A program made the translations under genes and the position numbers. A stretch of DNA of 64,000 nt. Origin: an uncultured Syntrophomonadaceae bacterium. Its GTDB lineage: Bacteria; Bacillota; Dethiobacteria; DTU022. The stretch covers positions 14,808 to 78,807 of the forward strand of contig CAYTER010000003.1 of assembly GCA_964436815.1 (NCBI GenBank). Reading direction: 5' to 3'. How positions within the stretch are numbered: position 1 is the stretch's first letter; each line of letters starts with the position of its first letter. The notes beneath the pieces were generated by a model. That model was not told the DNA's origin. It made no database searches and saw nothing but the letters and a program-made list of their open reading frames with translations. Shown piece after piece: positions 53,269 to 62,957 of the stretch.

Positions 53269-54273
53269 ATGGTAAAAAACAGAGTGCTGATTACCCCTCG
53301 CTCGTTTGCCCGTTTAAACGATAAACCGTTAATTTACTTACAAGAAGCTGGTTGTCTGATTGAAAGAAATAATAAGCAGGCGCCTTATAGCGAAGAAGAG
53401 TTGGCAGAGGCAATATCAGGAGTTGATGCCTTGCTTGTAGGCCTTGATCCTGTAACGGAAAAAGTGCTGGCAGCTGCACCAAGGCTTAAAGTAGTATCCA
53501 AATATGGCGCCGGCTTAGATAATATAGACCTTGCTGCAGCAACACATTATGGTGTAGTTGTTACTTATACCCCCGGAGCAAATACCGAAGCGGTTGCAGA
53601 TCTAACCTTTGGACTGATGCTGGCGGTTGGCAGGCGAATTGTTGAAGCGCACGAAGCAGTCAAATCAGGTTTATGGGAGCCATTTTTAGGCGTGGACTTA
53701 TGGGGCAAAACCCTGGGTATTATTGGCACAGGACGGATCGGCAGAGCGGTAGCCTCTAGGGCCAGGGGTTTTAATATGCAGATTCTTTCCTATGACTGTA
53801 ATCCTGATCACAGTTGGGCTGAAAACTGTGGAGCCAGTTGTGTCAGTCTAGAAGATGTAATGAGGCAAAGTGATTTTGTAACGGTTCACCTGCCCTTAAC
53901 AGAAGAAACAGGGGGTTTAATTGGTAGTGAGTTGTTAAGGCTAATGAAACCTTCAGCCATTCTGGTAAATACATCAAGGGGTGGAATTGTAGATGAAACC
54001 GCCCTGGTTGAAATACTGAAACAGGGTAAAATATTCGGGGCTGCGTTGGATGTTTATAGCATAGAACCACTTGAAAACAAAGATTTATTATCTTCGCCGA
54101 GACTTATAACCACACCCCACATCAGTGCGCACAGTAGCGATGCTCTTCTTGAAATGGGTATGATGGCAGTAGAGAACCTGACCCGGGTGCTTCGAAATTT
54201 GCGGCCAGAACATGTGGCTAATCCGGCAGTGTACAACACAATCAAGGAAGGTGAAAGCAGTGAAGGCAAATGA
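53269..54273 (+). CDS. D-isomer-specific 2-hydroxyacid dehydrogenase (glycerate/hydroxypyruvate/phosphoglycerate dehydrogenase family)
   Basis: NAD-binding GIIGTGRIGRAV and the catalytic R/E/H residues. ATG 53269 with GGGAGG RBS. Confidence 0.85.
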   Translation: MVKNRVLITPRSFARLNDKPLIYLQEAGCLIERNNKQAPYSEEELAEAISGVDALLVGLDPVTEKVLAAAPRLKVVSKYGAGLDNIDLAAATHYGVVVTYTPGANTEAVADLTFGLMLAVGRRIVEAHEAVKSGLWEPFLGVDLWGKTLGIIGTGRIGRAVASRARGFNMQILSYDCNPDHSWAENCGASCVSLEDVMRQSDFVTVHLPLTEETGGLIGSELLRLMKPSAILVNTSRGGIVDETALVEILKQGKIFGAALDVYSIEPLENKDLLSSPRLITTPHISAHSSDALLEMGMMAVENLTRVLRNLRPEHVANPAVYNTIKEGESSEGK

Positions 54274-55279
54274 TTTGGTTGGCGTGGGAGTAATTGGAAC
54301 GGGACGAGCTGGTATGGTTCATATAGCTAACTTTGCAGAGAATGTGCCTCGTGCCCGTTTAGTAGCAGTTTGCGATTTAGATGAAAAAAGCGTACAGGAA
54401 ACGGCCAATAAATGGAATGCAGATCCATATACAAACCCCGAAGATTTTTTAATGCACCCTTTACTTGATGCTGTGGTTATTGCCGCGCCAACCTTTGTCC
54501 ATGCAGAACTGGTTATTGCAGCTGCAGAAGCGAAAAAGGCAATTCTCTGTGAGAAACCTTTAACTATAACTGAAGAAGAAGCAGCGAGAATGGATAAAGC
54601 GGTGAAACAAAACAAAGTGCCCTTTTTGATGGGTTTTATGCGCCGCTTCGATCAAAGTTTTATTCGTGCACGGGAGATAATACAAAGTGGTGACATCGGA
54701 GAACCTTTGATGATTAAATCAACCGGTAAAGGTCCTGGTCTTCCGCCAGCTTGGAATCTTGATATTGATAGAAGTAATGGTATGTTGGCAGAAGTAAACA
54801 GCCATGATTTTGATTGTGTCCGTTTTTTATCCGGTGAGGAGTATAAGTGGGTATTTGCCACTGCCCGTAACAATAAATGTCCGGATTATAAGACGGAATA
54901 CCCTCAATTTTACGATACTGCTATCGTTACTTTCGGCATGACCGGTAAAGTGATAGGTACTATTGACGGCTCTTGCCCGGCTGACTACGGCTATGATGCC
55001 AGGGTTGAAATCCAGGGCGCTGATGGCGTTCTTTTTATTGGCAACATAGCTAAAAAGGGAGTCGTTGTTGGTCGCAAGGGTAAAGGTGTGGCAGAAGAGA
55101 TCGTTGACAGCTGGCGCTCACTTTTTCGCGAGGCTTACCTGGCGGAAGATCGCTGCCTTATCAATTCTTTGCTAAAGGGAATAGAACCGCCTTCGACTCT
55201 AAAAGATGGCTGGCAGGCGTTAAAGGCAGTTCGAGCTTCAAACCGTTCGATTCGCAGTGGAAAGGTTGAAGAGGTATGA
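54260..55279 (+). CDS. Gfo/Idh/MocA-family oxidoreductase (sugar / inositol dehydrogenase-like)
   Basis: N-terminal Rossmann motif VGVIGTGRAG and the EKP motif (LCEKPL). GTG start at 54260; GTG 54251 is an alternative. Confidence 0.82.
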   Translation: MKANDLVGVGVIGTGRAGMVHIANFAENVPRARLVAVCDLDEKSVQETANKWNADPYTNPEDFLMHPLLDAVVIAAPTFVHAELVIAAAEAKKAILCEKPLTITEEEAARMDKAVKQNKVPFLMGFMRRFDQSFIRAREIIQSGDIGEPLMIKSTGKGPGLPPAWNLDIDRSNGMLAEVNSHDFDCVRFLSGEEYKWVFATARNNKCPDYKTEYPQFYDTAIVTFGMTGKVIGTIDGSCPADYGYDARVEIQGADGVLFIGNIAKKGVVVGRKGKGVAEEIVDSWRSLFREAYLAEDRCLINSLLKGIEPPSTLKDGWQALKAVRASNRSIRSGKVEEV

Positions 55280-55296
55280 ATGAAGGAATAGAAAAA

Positions 55297-56358
55297 ATGA
55301 AAGCAGCAGTATTTTGTGACGGAATTATTAAAGTTAAAAATATTCCCCGGCCACAGCCAAAAGAAAACGAAATGGTTATAAAAGTGGAAGCTGCAGCTAT
55401 ATGCGCTACCGATCTGAAGATTTGGAAAAGAGGGCACCGCAATATTGCCTCTGGAAGTGAGACTATTCTGGGTCATGAGGTGGTCGGTATTGTATTTGAG
55501 GTTGGCTCAGAGATCGATAATAATTGGTTAGGGAAAAGAGTTGTCATACCACCCAATGTAGGTTGTGGCTTTTGTCCGGCCTGTGAGGCAGGATGGGATA
55601 GTTATTGTCCCACGTACAAAGCCTATGGCGTCGGCCTGCCGGGAAGCTTTGCTGAATATATGTTGGTAAGAGCACCGTCAGATAGATCGGAAACGCTGAT
55701 CACTGTAGCGGGTCATATCCCTACAAAAATTGCAGTTTTGGCCGAAGCAGTATCCTGTTGTTACCGCGGCTTGTATGATTGTAACCTGAAGCCTGAAGAA
55801 AAAGTTTTAATTATGGGAGCAGGCCCAATGGGGATACTTAGCGTCGTTACTGCCAAAGCAATGGGTGCTTCAACAATTATAAGCGCTGATTTTCTTGAAG
55901 AACGCAGGGATGCAAGCGAAAAATTTGGCACAACGTATGCTTTGAATCCGGCAGAAGATCATTTTGTCGAAGCAGTGAAAGAAGTAAGCGATGGCTGGGG
56001 CGTTGATGTGGTCATGGTCACTGCTCCTTTCGCAAAGGCGCAACTCCAGGGTATCATGGCTGCTGCTGTGGGAGGTCGGATTAATCTTTTTGCCGGACTT
56101 TCTCCGGATGATCGATTTGATGATTTTCCCTCAAACCTGGTTCACTACCGTGGTTTGAAAGTTCTCGGAAGCACAGGGACTACTTCGCAAGTCATGCAGA
56201 CTGTGGTAAATATGATGACTGAAGGGCATCTTGAGATCTTGCAAGAGGCGGTAACAGCAGTTTATGCGTTAGAAGATATGGAAAAAGCGTTAGATAAGGC
56301 CGGAAGCGGTAAGGAAATAAAAGTTATGGTAGTGCCTGACAGTAAGATGATAGTGTAA
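55297..56358 (+). CDS. Zinc-dependent alcohol/polyol dehydrogenase (MDR family, sorbitol/threonine DH-like)
   Basis: GHEVVG zinc motif, structural-zinc Cys cluster (CGFCPACEAGWDSYC) and GAGPMG Rossmann. Start at ATG 55297; ATG 55276 is the longest-ORF alternative. Confidence 0.85.
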   Translation: MKAAVFCDGIIKVKNIPRPQPKENEMVIKVEAAAICATDLKIWKRGHRNIASGSETILGHEVVGIVFEVGSEIDNNWLGKRVVIPPNVGCGFCPACEAGWDSYCPTYKAYGVGLPGSFAEYMLVRAPSDRSETLITVAGHIPTKIAVLAEAVSCCYRGLYDCNLKPEEKVLIMGAGPMGILSVVTAKAMGASTIISADFLEERRDASEKFGTTYALNPAEDHFVEAVKEVSDGWGVDVVMVTAPFAKAQLQGIMAAAVGGRINLFAGLSPDDRFDDFPSNLVHYRGLKVLGSTGTTSQVMQTVVNMMTEGHLEILQEAVTAVYALEDMEKALDKAGSGKEIKVMVVPDSKMIV

Positions 56359-56395
56359 CAAACTATTTCCTGTTTGTATTAGGAGAGGATCAAAT

Positions 56396-57943
56396 ATGGG
56401 CAAGACTTATTTACTGGGGATTGATTTAGGCACCATGGGAACTAAGGCAGCTCTTTACGATCTGGAAGGTAAAGCCCTGGCAGAGGCGTACGAGGAATCA
56501 ATACTTCGCTATCCGAAAATAGGCTTTGTAGAACAAGATTTTGAAGAAATATATAGCTCAGCAGTTAATTGTATTAAAGAAGTGTTAGAGAAAAGCGGCA
56601 TCGAAAGTGGTGATGTGGCGGCGCTAGCGTTCAGCAGTCAAATGTCAGGTATAGGGATGATTGATAAAGATTGGACACCGGCAGCCCATTATGACAGCTG
56701 GCTCGATACACGTTGTGAGTCAGCTTTCTCCTTAATGGAGCCTTTTTGCAATGATTTTACGGCAAGTAGTGGCTGTCCGCCTACATACGCTCATGCAGCG
56801 AAAATTATCTGGTGGAAGAATAACCAACCGGAAGTATTTAAAAACACAGCTCGATTTATAGTGCCCCTTGCCTACGTTGCAGGTAAGATGGCTGGATTAA
56901 AAGCTGAAGAAGCCTATATTGACCTCACATGCCTGCATTTCTCAGGGTTTAGCAATACCGGGGAGTCGAAGTGGTCAGAAGAGTTGCTTAATAAATTTGA
57001 AATACCAGCAGAGAAAATGCCGCGAATAATATCTCCGACAGAGATTATCGGAAAAGTTAATCGTGGAGCGGCTCGGGCAACCGGTTTAAAAGAAGGCACA
57101 CCAATTGCTGCCGGGGCAGGGGATCAGGCAGCAGCATCTTTAGGCGCAGGAGTGGTTGAACCGGGAGATGTTTTTGATAGTGCCGGGACCGCATCCGTAT
57201 TTTCTGTCTGTGTAAAAAGTTTTTTGCCTGACGTTAGGAATAAAGTTGTCCTGGCAACTCATGGTGTCATACCCGGCACTTACTATGCCCTTTCATTTAT
57301 CAACGGTGGCGGTTTAAATTTACGATGGTTCCGTGATACTTTTGGTCTTCAGGAAAAAAACGAGGCAGCGTCAACCGGTAAAGAAGTTTATCAGATATTT
57401 GATCAAATGGCTGCTCAATCCCCTGCAGGTTCAGGGGGCACAATATTTATTCCTCACCTGCAAGGCAGAGTTGTTCCACCGGATGCTTCTTTACGAGGTC
57501 TCTGGGCTGGCTTCACCTGGTCGCATAACCGTGGCCACCTGTTCAGGGCGATGATGGAAGGTGTCGCTTATGAGTACGCATACTATTTGCAGATAGAAAA
57601 AGAGCTTCACCCTGAACTTGAATGTCGGGAAGTAAGGGTGATAGGTGGTGGTGCGTCAAGCGATCTGTGGAATCAGATCAAAAGTGATGTTTTAGATATA
57701 CCATATTGCCGAATAAACCGATCTGAGGTCGGAACCTGGGGATGTGCTATGATTGCCGGCAAAGCTGTTGGGATTTTTGACGATTTAAGAATAGTTGCTA
57801 AAGAATCAACGCAGATCAGCCACCGACTTGATCCGCGACCTCACTATTCCCAGTTTTACCAGCCTTATGTAGACATTTACAGGCAGATTATCGAGGGATA
57901 CGCTGAAATTTTTAATGGTTTAAATGAGCTGCCTTTGGAGTAA
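56396..57943 (+). CDS. FGGY-family carbohydrate kinase (xylulokinase/glycerol kinase-like)
   Basis: N-terminal LGIDLGTMGTKAAL and C-terminal GGGASSDLWNQI FGGY signatures. Confidence 0.88.
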   Translation: MGKTYLLGIDLGTMGTKAALYDLEGKALAEAYEESILRYPKIGFVEQDFEEIYSSAVNCIKEVLEKSGIESGDVAALAFSSQMSGIGMIDKDWTPAAHYDSWLDTRCESAFSLMEPFCNDFTASSGCPPTYAHAAKIIWWKNNQPEVFKNTARFIVPLAYVAGKMAGLKAEEAYIDLTCLHFSGFSNTGESKWSEELLNKFEIPAEKMPRIISPTEIIGKVNRGAARATGLKEGTPIAAGAGDQAAASLGAGVVEPGDVFDSAGTASVFSVCVKSFLPDVRNKVVLATHGVIPGTYYALSFINGGGLNLRWFRDTFGLQEKNEAASTGKEVYQIFDQMAAQSPAGSGGTIFIPHLQGRVVPPDASLRGLWAGFTWSHNRGHLFRAMMEGVAYEYAYYLQIEKELHPELECREVRVIGGGASSDLWNQIKSDVLDIPYCRINRSEVGTWGCAMIAGKAVGIFDDLRIVAKESTQISHRLDPRPHYSQFYQPYVDIYRQIIEGYAEIFNGLNELPLE

Positions 57944-57987
57944 TCATCAACAATTAAGGGGATAAAACAGAGAGAAGGTGCAAAAAC

Positions 57988-58641
57988 ATGATCTCCAAGG
58001 TAAAAAATTTTAATCGTATTTATAAAGCCGGAATTATAGCTGTTGTTAGAGCTGATTCGTTCGAACAGGCGCTGGCGACATCAGAAGCCTTAAAAAATGG
58101 CGGAGTAGATGTTATTGAGATTACTCTGACTGTTCCCGGCGCTATAGATGTAATTAAAGAGCTGGCAAAAACATATCGGCACGGTGAAATACTACTTGGG
58201 GCAGGAACGGTACTCGATTCTGAGACCGCCCGCATCTCTCTGATGGCAGGAGCTGAATTTATTGTCAGCCCGTCTCTTAATCTAGATGTAATAAAGCTTT
58301 GCAATCGCTATCAAAAAATTTGTATGCCTGGATGCATGACAGTTACAGAGATTGTTTCTGCACTTGATGCCGGCGCGGATTTAATTAAACTTTTTCCTGG
58401 TAATTTTTTTGGCCCTTCAATAATAAAGACTTTAAAAGGGCCTTTACCCCAGGCTGATTTTGTTCCTACCGGAGGTGTTACCCTTGAGAATATTCAGGAT
58501 TGGATTAACAACGGATGCATTGCAGTTGGTATTGGAGGCGAGCTGACCAAAGGTGCTGCTGATGGGGATTACCATCGAATCACAGAAACAGCCCGACAAT
58601 TTGTAGAGCAAATCCGTGCAGTACGCCATTTAGAAGGATAA
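57988..58641 (+). CDS. eda: KDPG/KHG aldolase (Eda family)
   Basis: 217 aa TIM-barrel aldolase with Schiff-base lysine context (…DLIKLFPG…). Confidence 0.88.
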   Translation: MISKVKNFNRIYKAGIIAVVRADSFEQALATSEALKNGGVDVIEITLTVPGAIDVIKELAKTYRHGEILLGAGTVLDSETARISLMAGAEFIVSPSLNLDVIKLCNRYQKICMPGCMTVTEIVSALDAGADLIKLFPGNFFGPSIIKTLKGPLPQADFVPTGGVTLENIQDWINNGCIAVGIGGELTKGAADGDYHRITETARQFVEQIRAVRHLEG

Positions 58642-58665
58642 TAATGCCAGGAGGTTTGAGAGTTG

Positions 58666-59538
58666 ATGAAATATGCTATCAGCAGTTGGATTTATGGAGA
58701 CGAGAGTTTAGAGTTAATTTTTATGCGACTGGCAAGATACGGATACGATGCAGTTGAGCTGGAAGGTGAACCGGATAAGTACGATGTAAAAGAAATCTTA
58801 GAGTTATGTCGCCGGTACAGCATTTCTATATCAGGAATTGCCGGGATGTATCCATGGCCGACTGGGGAGAGGGACCTAGCTTCACCAGATCCAGAGATTA
58901 GAAAAAAGGCAGTAAAGTATTTGCTTTCCTGCATTGATTTTGCCCATGATCTGTCAGCACCGCTGGTGATAGTAGTCCCTTCTGCTGTGGGGAAAACCAT
59001 GCCTTTTCCAATCTTGAACGGAGAAGCGGATATATCAGCATGGGATGAAACGGTAGATAGGGAATGGGCTTATGCACAGGATTCAGTTGGTAAATGTTCT
59101 GAAGCTGCCAGCGAAAAAGGAATCATTCTGGCTGTCGAACCAATTAACCGATACGAAACTTTTCTTATTAATACCTGTAGCCAAGGTTTGCAGTTTATTT
59201 CACCATTTGACAAGAAAACTGTAAAAATTCATCTTGATACATTTCATATGAATATAGAGGAAAAAAGCCTGAATCAGGCTATCCTTGAGGCAGGAGACTT
59301 GCTTGCTAATCTACACGTAGCTGACAGTAATCGTCAGGCGGTTGGAAAAGGACACACAGATTTCAACGAAATAATTCGCAGTCTCAAAAGTATAAGTTAT
59401 ACAGGAGTTATTTCTTTGGAACCACTTCCGCCGGTTCCTAATCCTTATGTGGCCATGAAACTTGATCGCTATAAAGATATGCGAGATGATATAGCTCGTG
59501 AAAGTATCGAAACGCTGAAGAAAATCGCAGGATATTAG
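58666..59538 (+). CDS. Sugar phosphate isomerase/epimerase (xylose isomerase-like TIM barrel), paralog 2
   Basis: Clear paralog of 50293-51165 (MKYAISSWIYG…EPINRYETFLIN…HLDTFHMNIEE). Confidence 0.8.
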   Translation: MKYAISSWIYGDESLELIFMRLARYGYDAVELEGEPDKYDVKEILELCRRYSISISGIAGMYPWPTGERDLASPDPEIRKKAVKYLLSCIDFAHDLSAPLVIVVPSAVGKTMPFPILNGEADISAWDETVDREWAYAQDSVGKCSEAASEKGIILAVEPINRYETFLINTCSQGLQFISPFDKKTVKIHLDTFHMNIEEKSLNQAILEAGDLLANLHVADSNRQAVGKGHTDFNEIIRSLKSISYTGVISLEPLPPVPNPYVAMKLDRYKDMRDDIARESIETLKKIAGY

Positions 59539-59591
59539 ATAAGCACTTGCTGATTATTCAGAGGTTAATTAAGCATATAGGAGGTTTTGCT

Positions 59592-60161
59592 ATGCAAGAA
59601 ATAAAAATTATGGATCCTTTTTTCGTGGAAATTAGCTGTGAAGACGGTAACGTATCGCCTCCGGCAAGACTAATTAGGCGCAGGCTTAGCGATCTGGCTG
59701 GTCTGTTTTATGATCAGGATGCTTATAACAGTGCTCTGGCAGATGACGACCCAGTTCTCTATGAGGTTTATGAGGTTCGGGTGCCGGAAGAAGAAGGTCA
59801 TCTTCTATCATGTACAACAGTTATTTACCCAGGGAAAGTAGGAAAAGAATACTATTTTACCAAAGGACATTTCCACGTTCTAGAAAACCGGGCTGAAATA
59901 TATACATGTTTACGGGGGCAGGGTTATCTTTTAATGACCACCAGAGCTGGCAGAAGTCACAGCATAGCCATGAGGCCAGGAGTTTCTGCCTATATTCCGC
60001 CATACTGGTCACACCGTACACTAAACTGTGGAGAAGAACCCTTTATTTTTTATGGAGTATGGCCGGGAGATGCTGGTCATGATTATGAAAGTATTGTAGA
60101 GCAAGAGTTTCCACTGCGAGTTTTTGAAGAAAATGGGCAGCCGGCAGTTAAAAAATCATAG
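59592..60161 (+). CDS. Cupin-type glucose-6-phosphate isomerase family protein (archaeal-type cPGI)
   Basis: 189 aa from ATG 59592 with GGAGGT RBS. His/Glu metal-site motif TKGHFHxxxxxxE…YIPPYWSHRT, as in archaeal cupin PGIs. Confidence 0.75.
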   Translation: MQEIKIMDPFFVEISCEDGNVSPPARLIRRRLSDLAGLFYDQDAYNSALADDDPVLYEVYEVRVPEEEGHLLSCTTVIYPGKVGKEYYFTKGHFHVLENRAEIYTCLRGQGYLLMTTRAGRSHSIAMRPGVSAYIPPYWSHRTLNCGEEPFIFYGVWPGDAGHDYESIVEQEFPLRVFEENGQPAVKKS

Positions 60162-60434
60162 ATGATAGTTTGAACATCAAAACATTTTAATACATGCTAT
60201 TATAGAAAAGGTTTTGGATTTCATCACTTTACCTACCCAACAATTGCTTGATGCGATCAATCCGGCAGCTTAATTTGTTATTTACTGTTTCGGATGTTAT
60301 AGTACATAAAAAGTACTCAATCTGCATAAATCCTTATATTAGATAGAGCAGGATTCCGTCAATATTTCAAGTAAAATTTGCAATTGCGAACAGGCAATTA
60401 CTCCTTTTAACGTACAATAAAAGGAGGCAGGGTC

Positions 60435-61904
60435 TTGCGAGATCTTTTATTGGACGGAGAAAGGTTTCTTAATGCCCTCCGTGAAGCGGTTTTCAGACTT
60501 AAAGCCAACAGAATCACTATTAACCGCATCAACTTTTTCCCTGTTCCCGACGGCGATACAGGCAATAATATGCTGGCTACAATCGAAGCAGCTTTACTTG
60601 AGGCCGAAAACTGCGGCAGTACCCTTTTGGGAGAACTGGCCGAAGCTGCAGCCGATGGAGCGCGGGGCAGCTCTTCAGGCAGCTCAGGGGCAATACTTTC
60701 GCAGTACCTGGCTGGTTGGGCTTCAGTACTATCTGGAATTGAAACAGCTGCGGCGGAAATTATTGCCCGGGCATTATGTGAAGGAGCAAAGAGAGCATAC
60801 CGGGCGGTTGTAAAACCGGTTGAAGGAACGATTCTGACTGTGGCCCGGGAAGCGGCTCAGGCAGCGGAAAACACTGCTTTAGATCATAATGTTACAGCAA
60901 CTCTCTTTGCTGCCCATCAGCAAGCTAAAAAAACCCTGATTAACACCAGCAAAGTCGTATCGACGCTGAACTCTCAAAAAGTGGTTGATGCCGGAGGGCT
61001 CGGCCTTTTTATTTTCTTCTCGGCTTTACTTTCTGCAATGGGTAAAGAGGTGCGAGAGGAACAGTTTGCCGGTCTGATGGAGTTTACTCTCAATCATCAT
61101 GAGCAGCTAATGCAAATAGATGATCCTTATGATGTGGAGCTGACCATAGATTCAAAAGAACTTGATGAAGAGGCGATCAAGCGACTGCTGGATCAGGAAG
61201 GCTCAGAATTAATCGTGCAGGCAAATAATCAATGCTGTCATATCCACATCCATACCCGACAGCCGCTTGAGGTTCTCGAAAAAGCCGCGCAGCAAGCCCC
61301 GGTTTCGGGAGTTGTGATCCGGGACATGCGCAGGCAGTTTAATGCAGCTCATGGGGATTCAGATTCTAAAGGATTGGTTGCTTTAGCTCTGGGAGTTAAT
61401 CCTGGTTTTCTGGCACTCTTCAGCCTGGCCGGAGCGGAAGTAGCCCTGAGCCTGACAGAAACGAAGAAGATTAATCGCTTTATTGAAGAGCTGGGCGTTG
61501 AACGGGTTATCCTGCTCAGTCCGGAACCGTTAGATCATCTTAAACCAATTATTGCGAATGCCAACCTGATCGTAGTAGATGATGAGGCAAGGATTCTGGC
61601 AGCATTACTGGCAGTTTCAGACGGAGAGGCTATAAACCCCGGATCCCTGGTTCAAACAGCCCACGAGCTGCGGGTTGCAAAAATAGTAAAAGTTAGAGAT
61701 AGCATTATGCCGAGTATGGTCAAAACAATCAAGGCTTTGGGACCTGCACCGGGAGACTTGCTTACCCTGTACTACGGTAGAAATCTCTCGCGGGTAAAAA
61801 TAGAAGAGAGTCTGCCTGAGTTGGAAGAGAAGTTGCCTTTACTGGGCGGGATTGAGATTTATTTCGGCGGCCAGGTAGAGCCGTTGATCATTACCCTTGA
61901 GTAG
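60435..61904 (+). CDS. DAK2 domain-containing protein (YloV/FakA-like fatty-acid kinase catalytic subunit)
   Basis: TTG start with AAAGGAGG RBS. Dak2 motif FPVPDGDTGNNM. 489 aa. Confidence 0.8.
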   Translation: MRDLLLDGERFLNALREAVFRLKANRITINRINFFPVPDGDTGNNMLATIEAALLEAENCGSTLLGELAEAAADGARGSSSGSSGAILSQYLAGWASVLSGIETAAAEIIARALCEGAKRAYRAVVKPVEGTILTVAREAAQAAENTALDHNVTATLFAAHQQAKKTLINTSKVVSTLNSQKVVDAGGLGLFIFFSALLSAMGKEVREEQFAGLMEFTLNHHEQLMQIDDPYDVELTIDSKELDEEAIKRLLDQEGSELIVQANNQCCHIHIHTRQPLEVLEKAAQQAPVSGVVIRDMRRQFNAAHGDSDSKGLVALALGVNPGFLALFSLAGAEVALSLTETKKINRFIEELGVERVILLSPEPLDHLKPIIANANLIVVDDEARILAALLAVSDGEAINPGSLVQTAHELRVAKIVKVRDSIMPSMVKTIKALGPAPGDLLTLYYGRNLSRVKIEESLPELEEKLPLLGGIEIYFGGQVEPLIITLE

Positions 61905-62002
61905 CGGTCATTGAACTTTGAATATGAGAGGAAAGTATTCTTGCATTTAATCAATCATGAATCATTTTCCATTCCTGAATTCAAGCTTGGAGGAGTGAAC
62001 CT

Positions 62003-62872
62003 GTGAACAGAATCGGTATTGTCACCGACAGCTGTGCCATTTTATCACCGGCTTTTATCAAAGAAAATCCGGTAACTGTTGCCCCATTAACCCTTAACTG
62101 GGAAGGCAGGGAATACCGGGACGGGATCGATCTTGCGGCAGAAGAATTTTATGAGAAACTAAAAAGTTGCACTGAACTTCCTTCAACCTCGCATGTTAAA
62201 GAAATATATTTTATTGCTGCTGCTGAGTTGTTAGTAGAAAGAGGTTATCATGAAGTTATATTTCTCCCGATGGCAAAAAACCTTGGTTTTACTTACCAGG
62301 CAGCATTGAATGCCTGTTCTGAACTGCTTGAAAATAAAACAGTCGAACAGGCGGTTGTGATTGACAGCCAGGCAGCTGCCGGTTCACTATATTTGTTGGT
62401 CCATTATGCCTGCAGCCTGGTCAGGGAAGGGTTAAGTCTGCCCGCAGTAGTGAAGAAGATAGAATCGGCAACAGCCGGATTGCGTCTTTATGCAACATTT
62501 GAAACCCTGGAGTACCTGGTCCGGGGAGGCCGGGTCGGCAAAGCTGCCATGTTGGTAGCCAGTGCCGCCAATATCAAGCCCCTGATTTGTCTGAAGGATG
62601 GAGAGGTATTACCGGCCGGTCAAACCCTGGGACGTAGCAGGTCGATCAAGCTGATCCTCAAACATGTCGCTGAGGAGCTCGATCAGACCACAAAACACCC
62701 CCTGATGGTAATGCATGCTGCCGCCGCGGCGGAAGCTGAAAAAATCGCCGGTTTGTTGAACAACAACTATCCGGACAGGGAAATCCTGATCAACTATTTC
62801 AGTCCGGTTATGGGCACGCATACCGGTCCGGGTTTGATTGCCGTTAGTTTTTGGGCAAAAGGATCGGATTAG
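62003..62872 (+). CDS. DegV-family fatty-acid-binding protein (FakB-like)
   Basis: IGIVTDSCAIL N-terminus and DegV fold. 289 aa. Confidence 0.85.
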   Translation: MNRIGIVTDSCAILSPAFIKENPVTVAPLTLNWEGREYRDGIDLAAEEFYEKLKSCTELPSTSHVKEIYFIAAAELLVERGYHEVIFLPMAKNLGFTYQAALNACSELLENKTVEQAVVIDSQAAAGSLYLLVHYACSLVREGLSLPAVVKKIESATAGLRLYATFETLEYLVRGGRVGKAAMLVASAANIKPLICLKDGEVLPAGQTLGRSRSIKLILKHVAEELDQTTKHPLMVMHAAAAAEAEKIAGLLNNNYPDREILINYFSPVMGTHTGPGLIAVSFWAKGSD

Positions 62873-62957
62873 CCCAGGCTCAAACTAGAATAAACTTTGA
62901 AAATACTTTTTTAAACAACATGGTGAACTCGCAGATCTTAAAGGAGGATGAGCAGGG

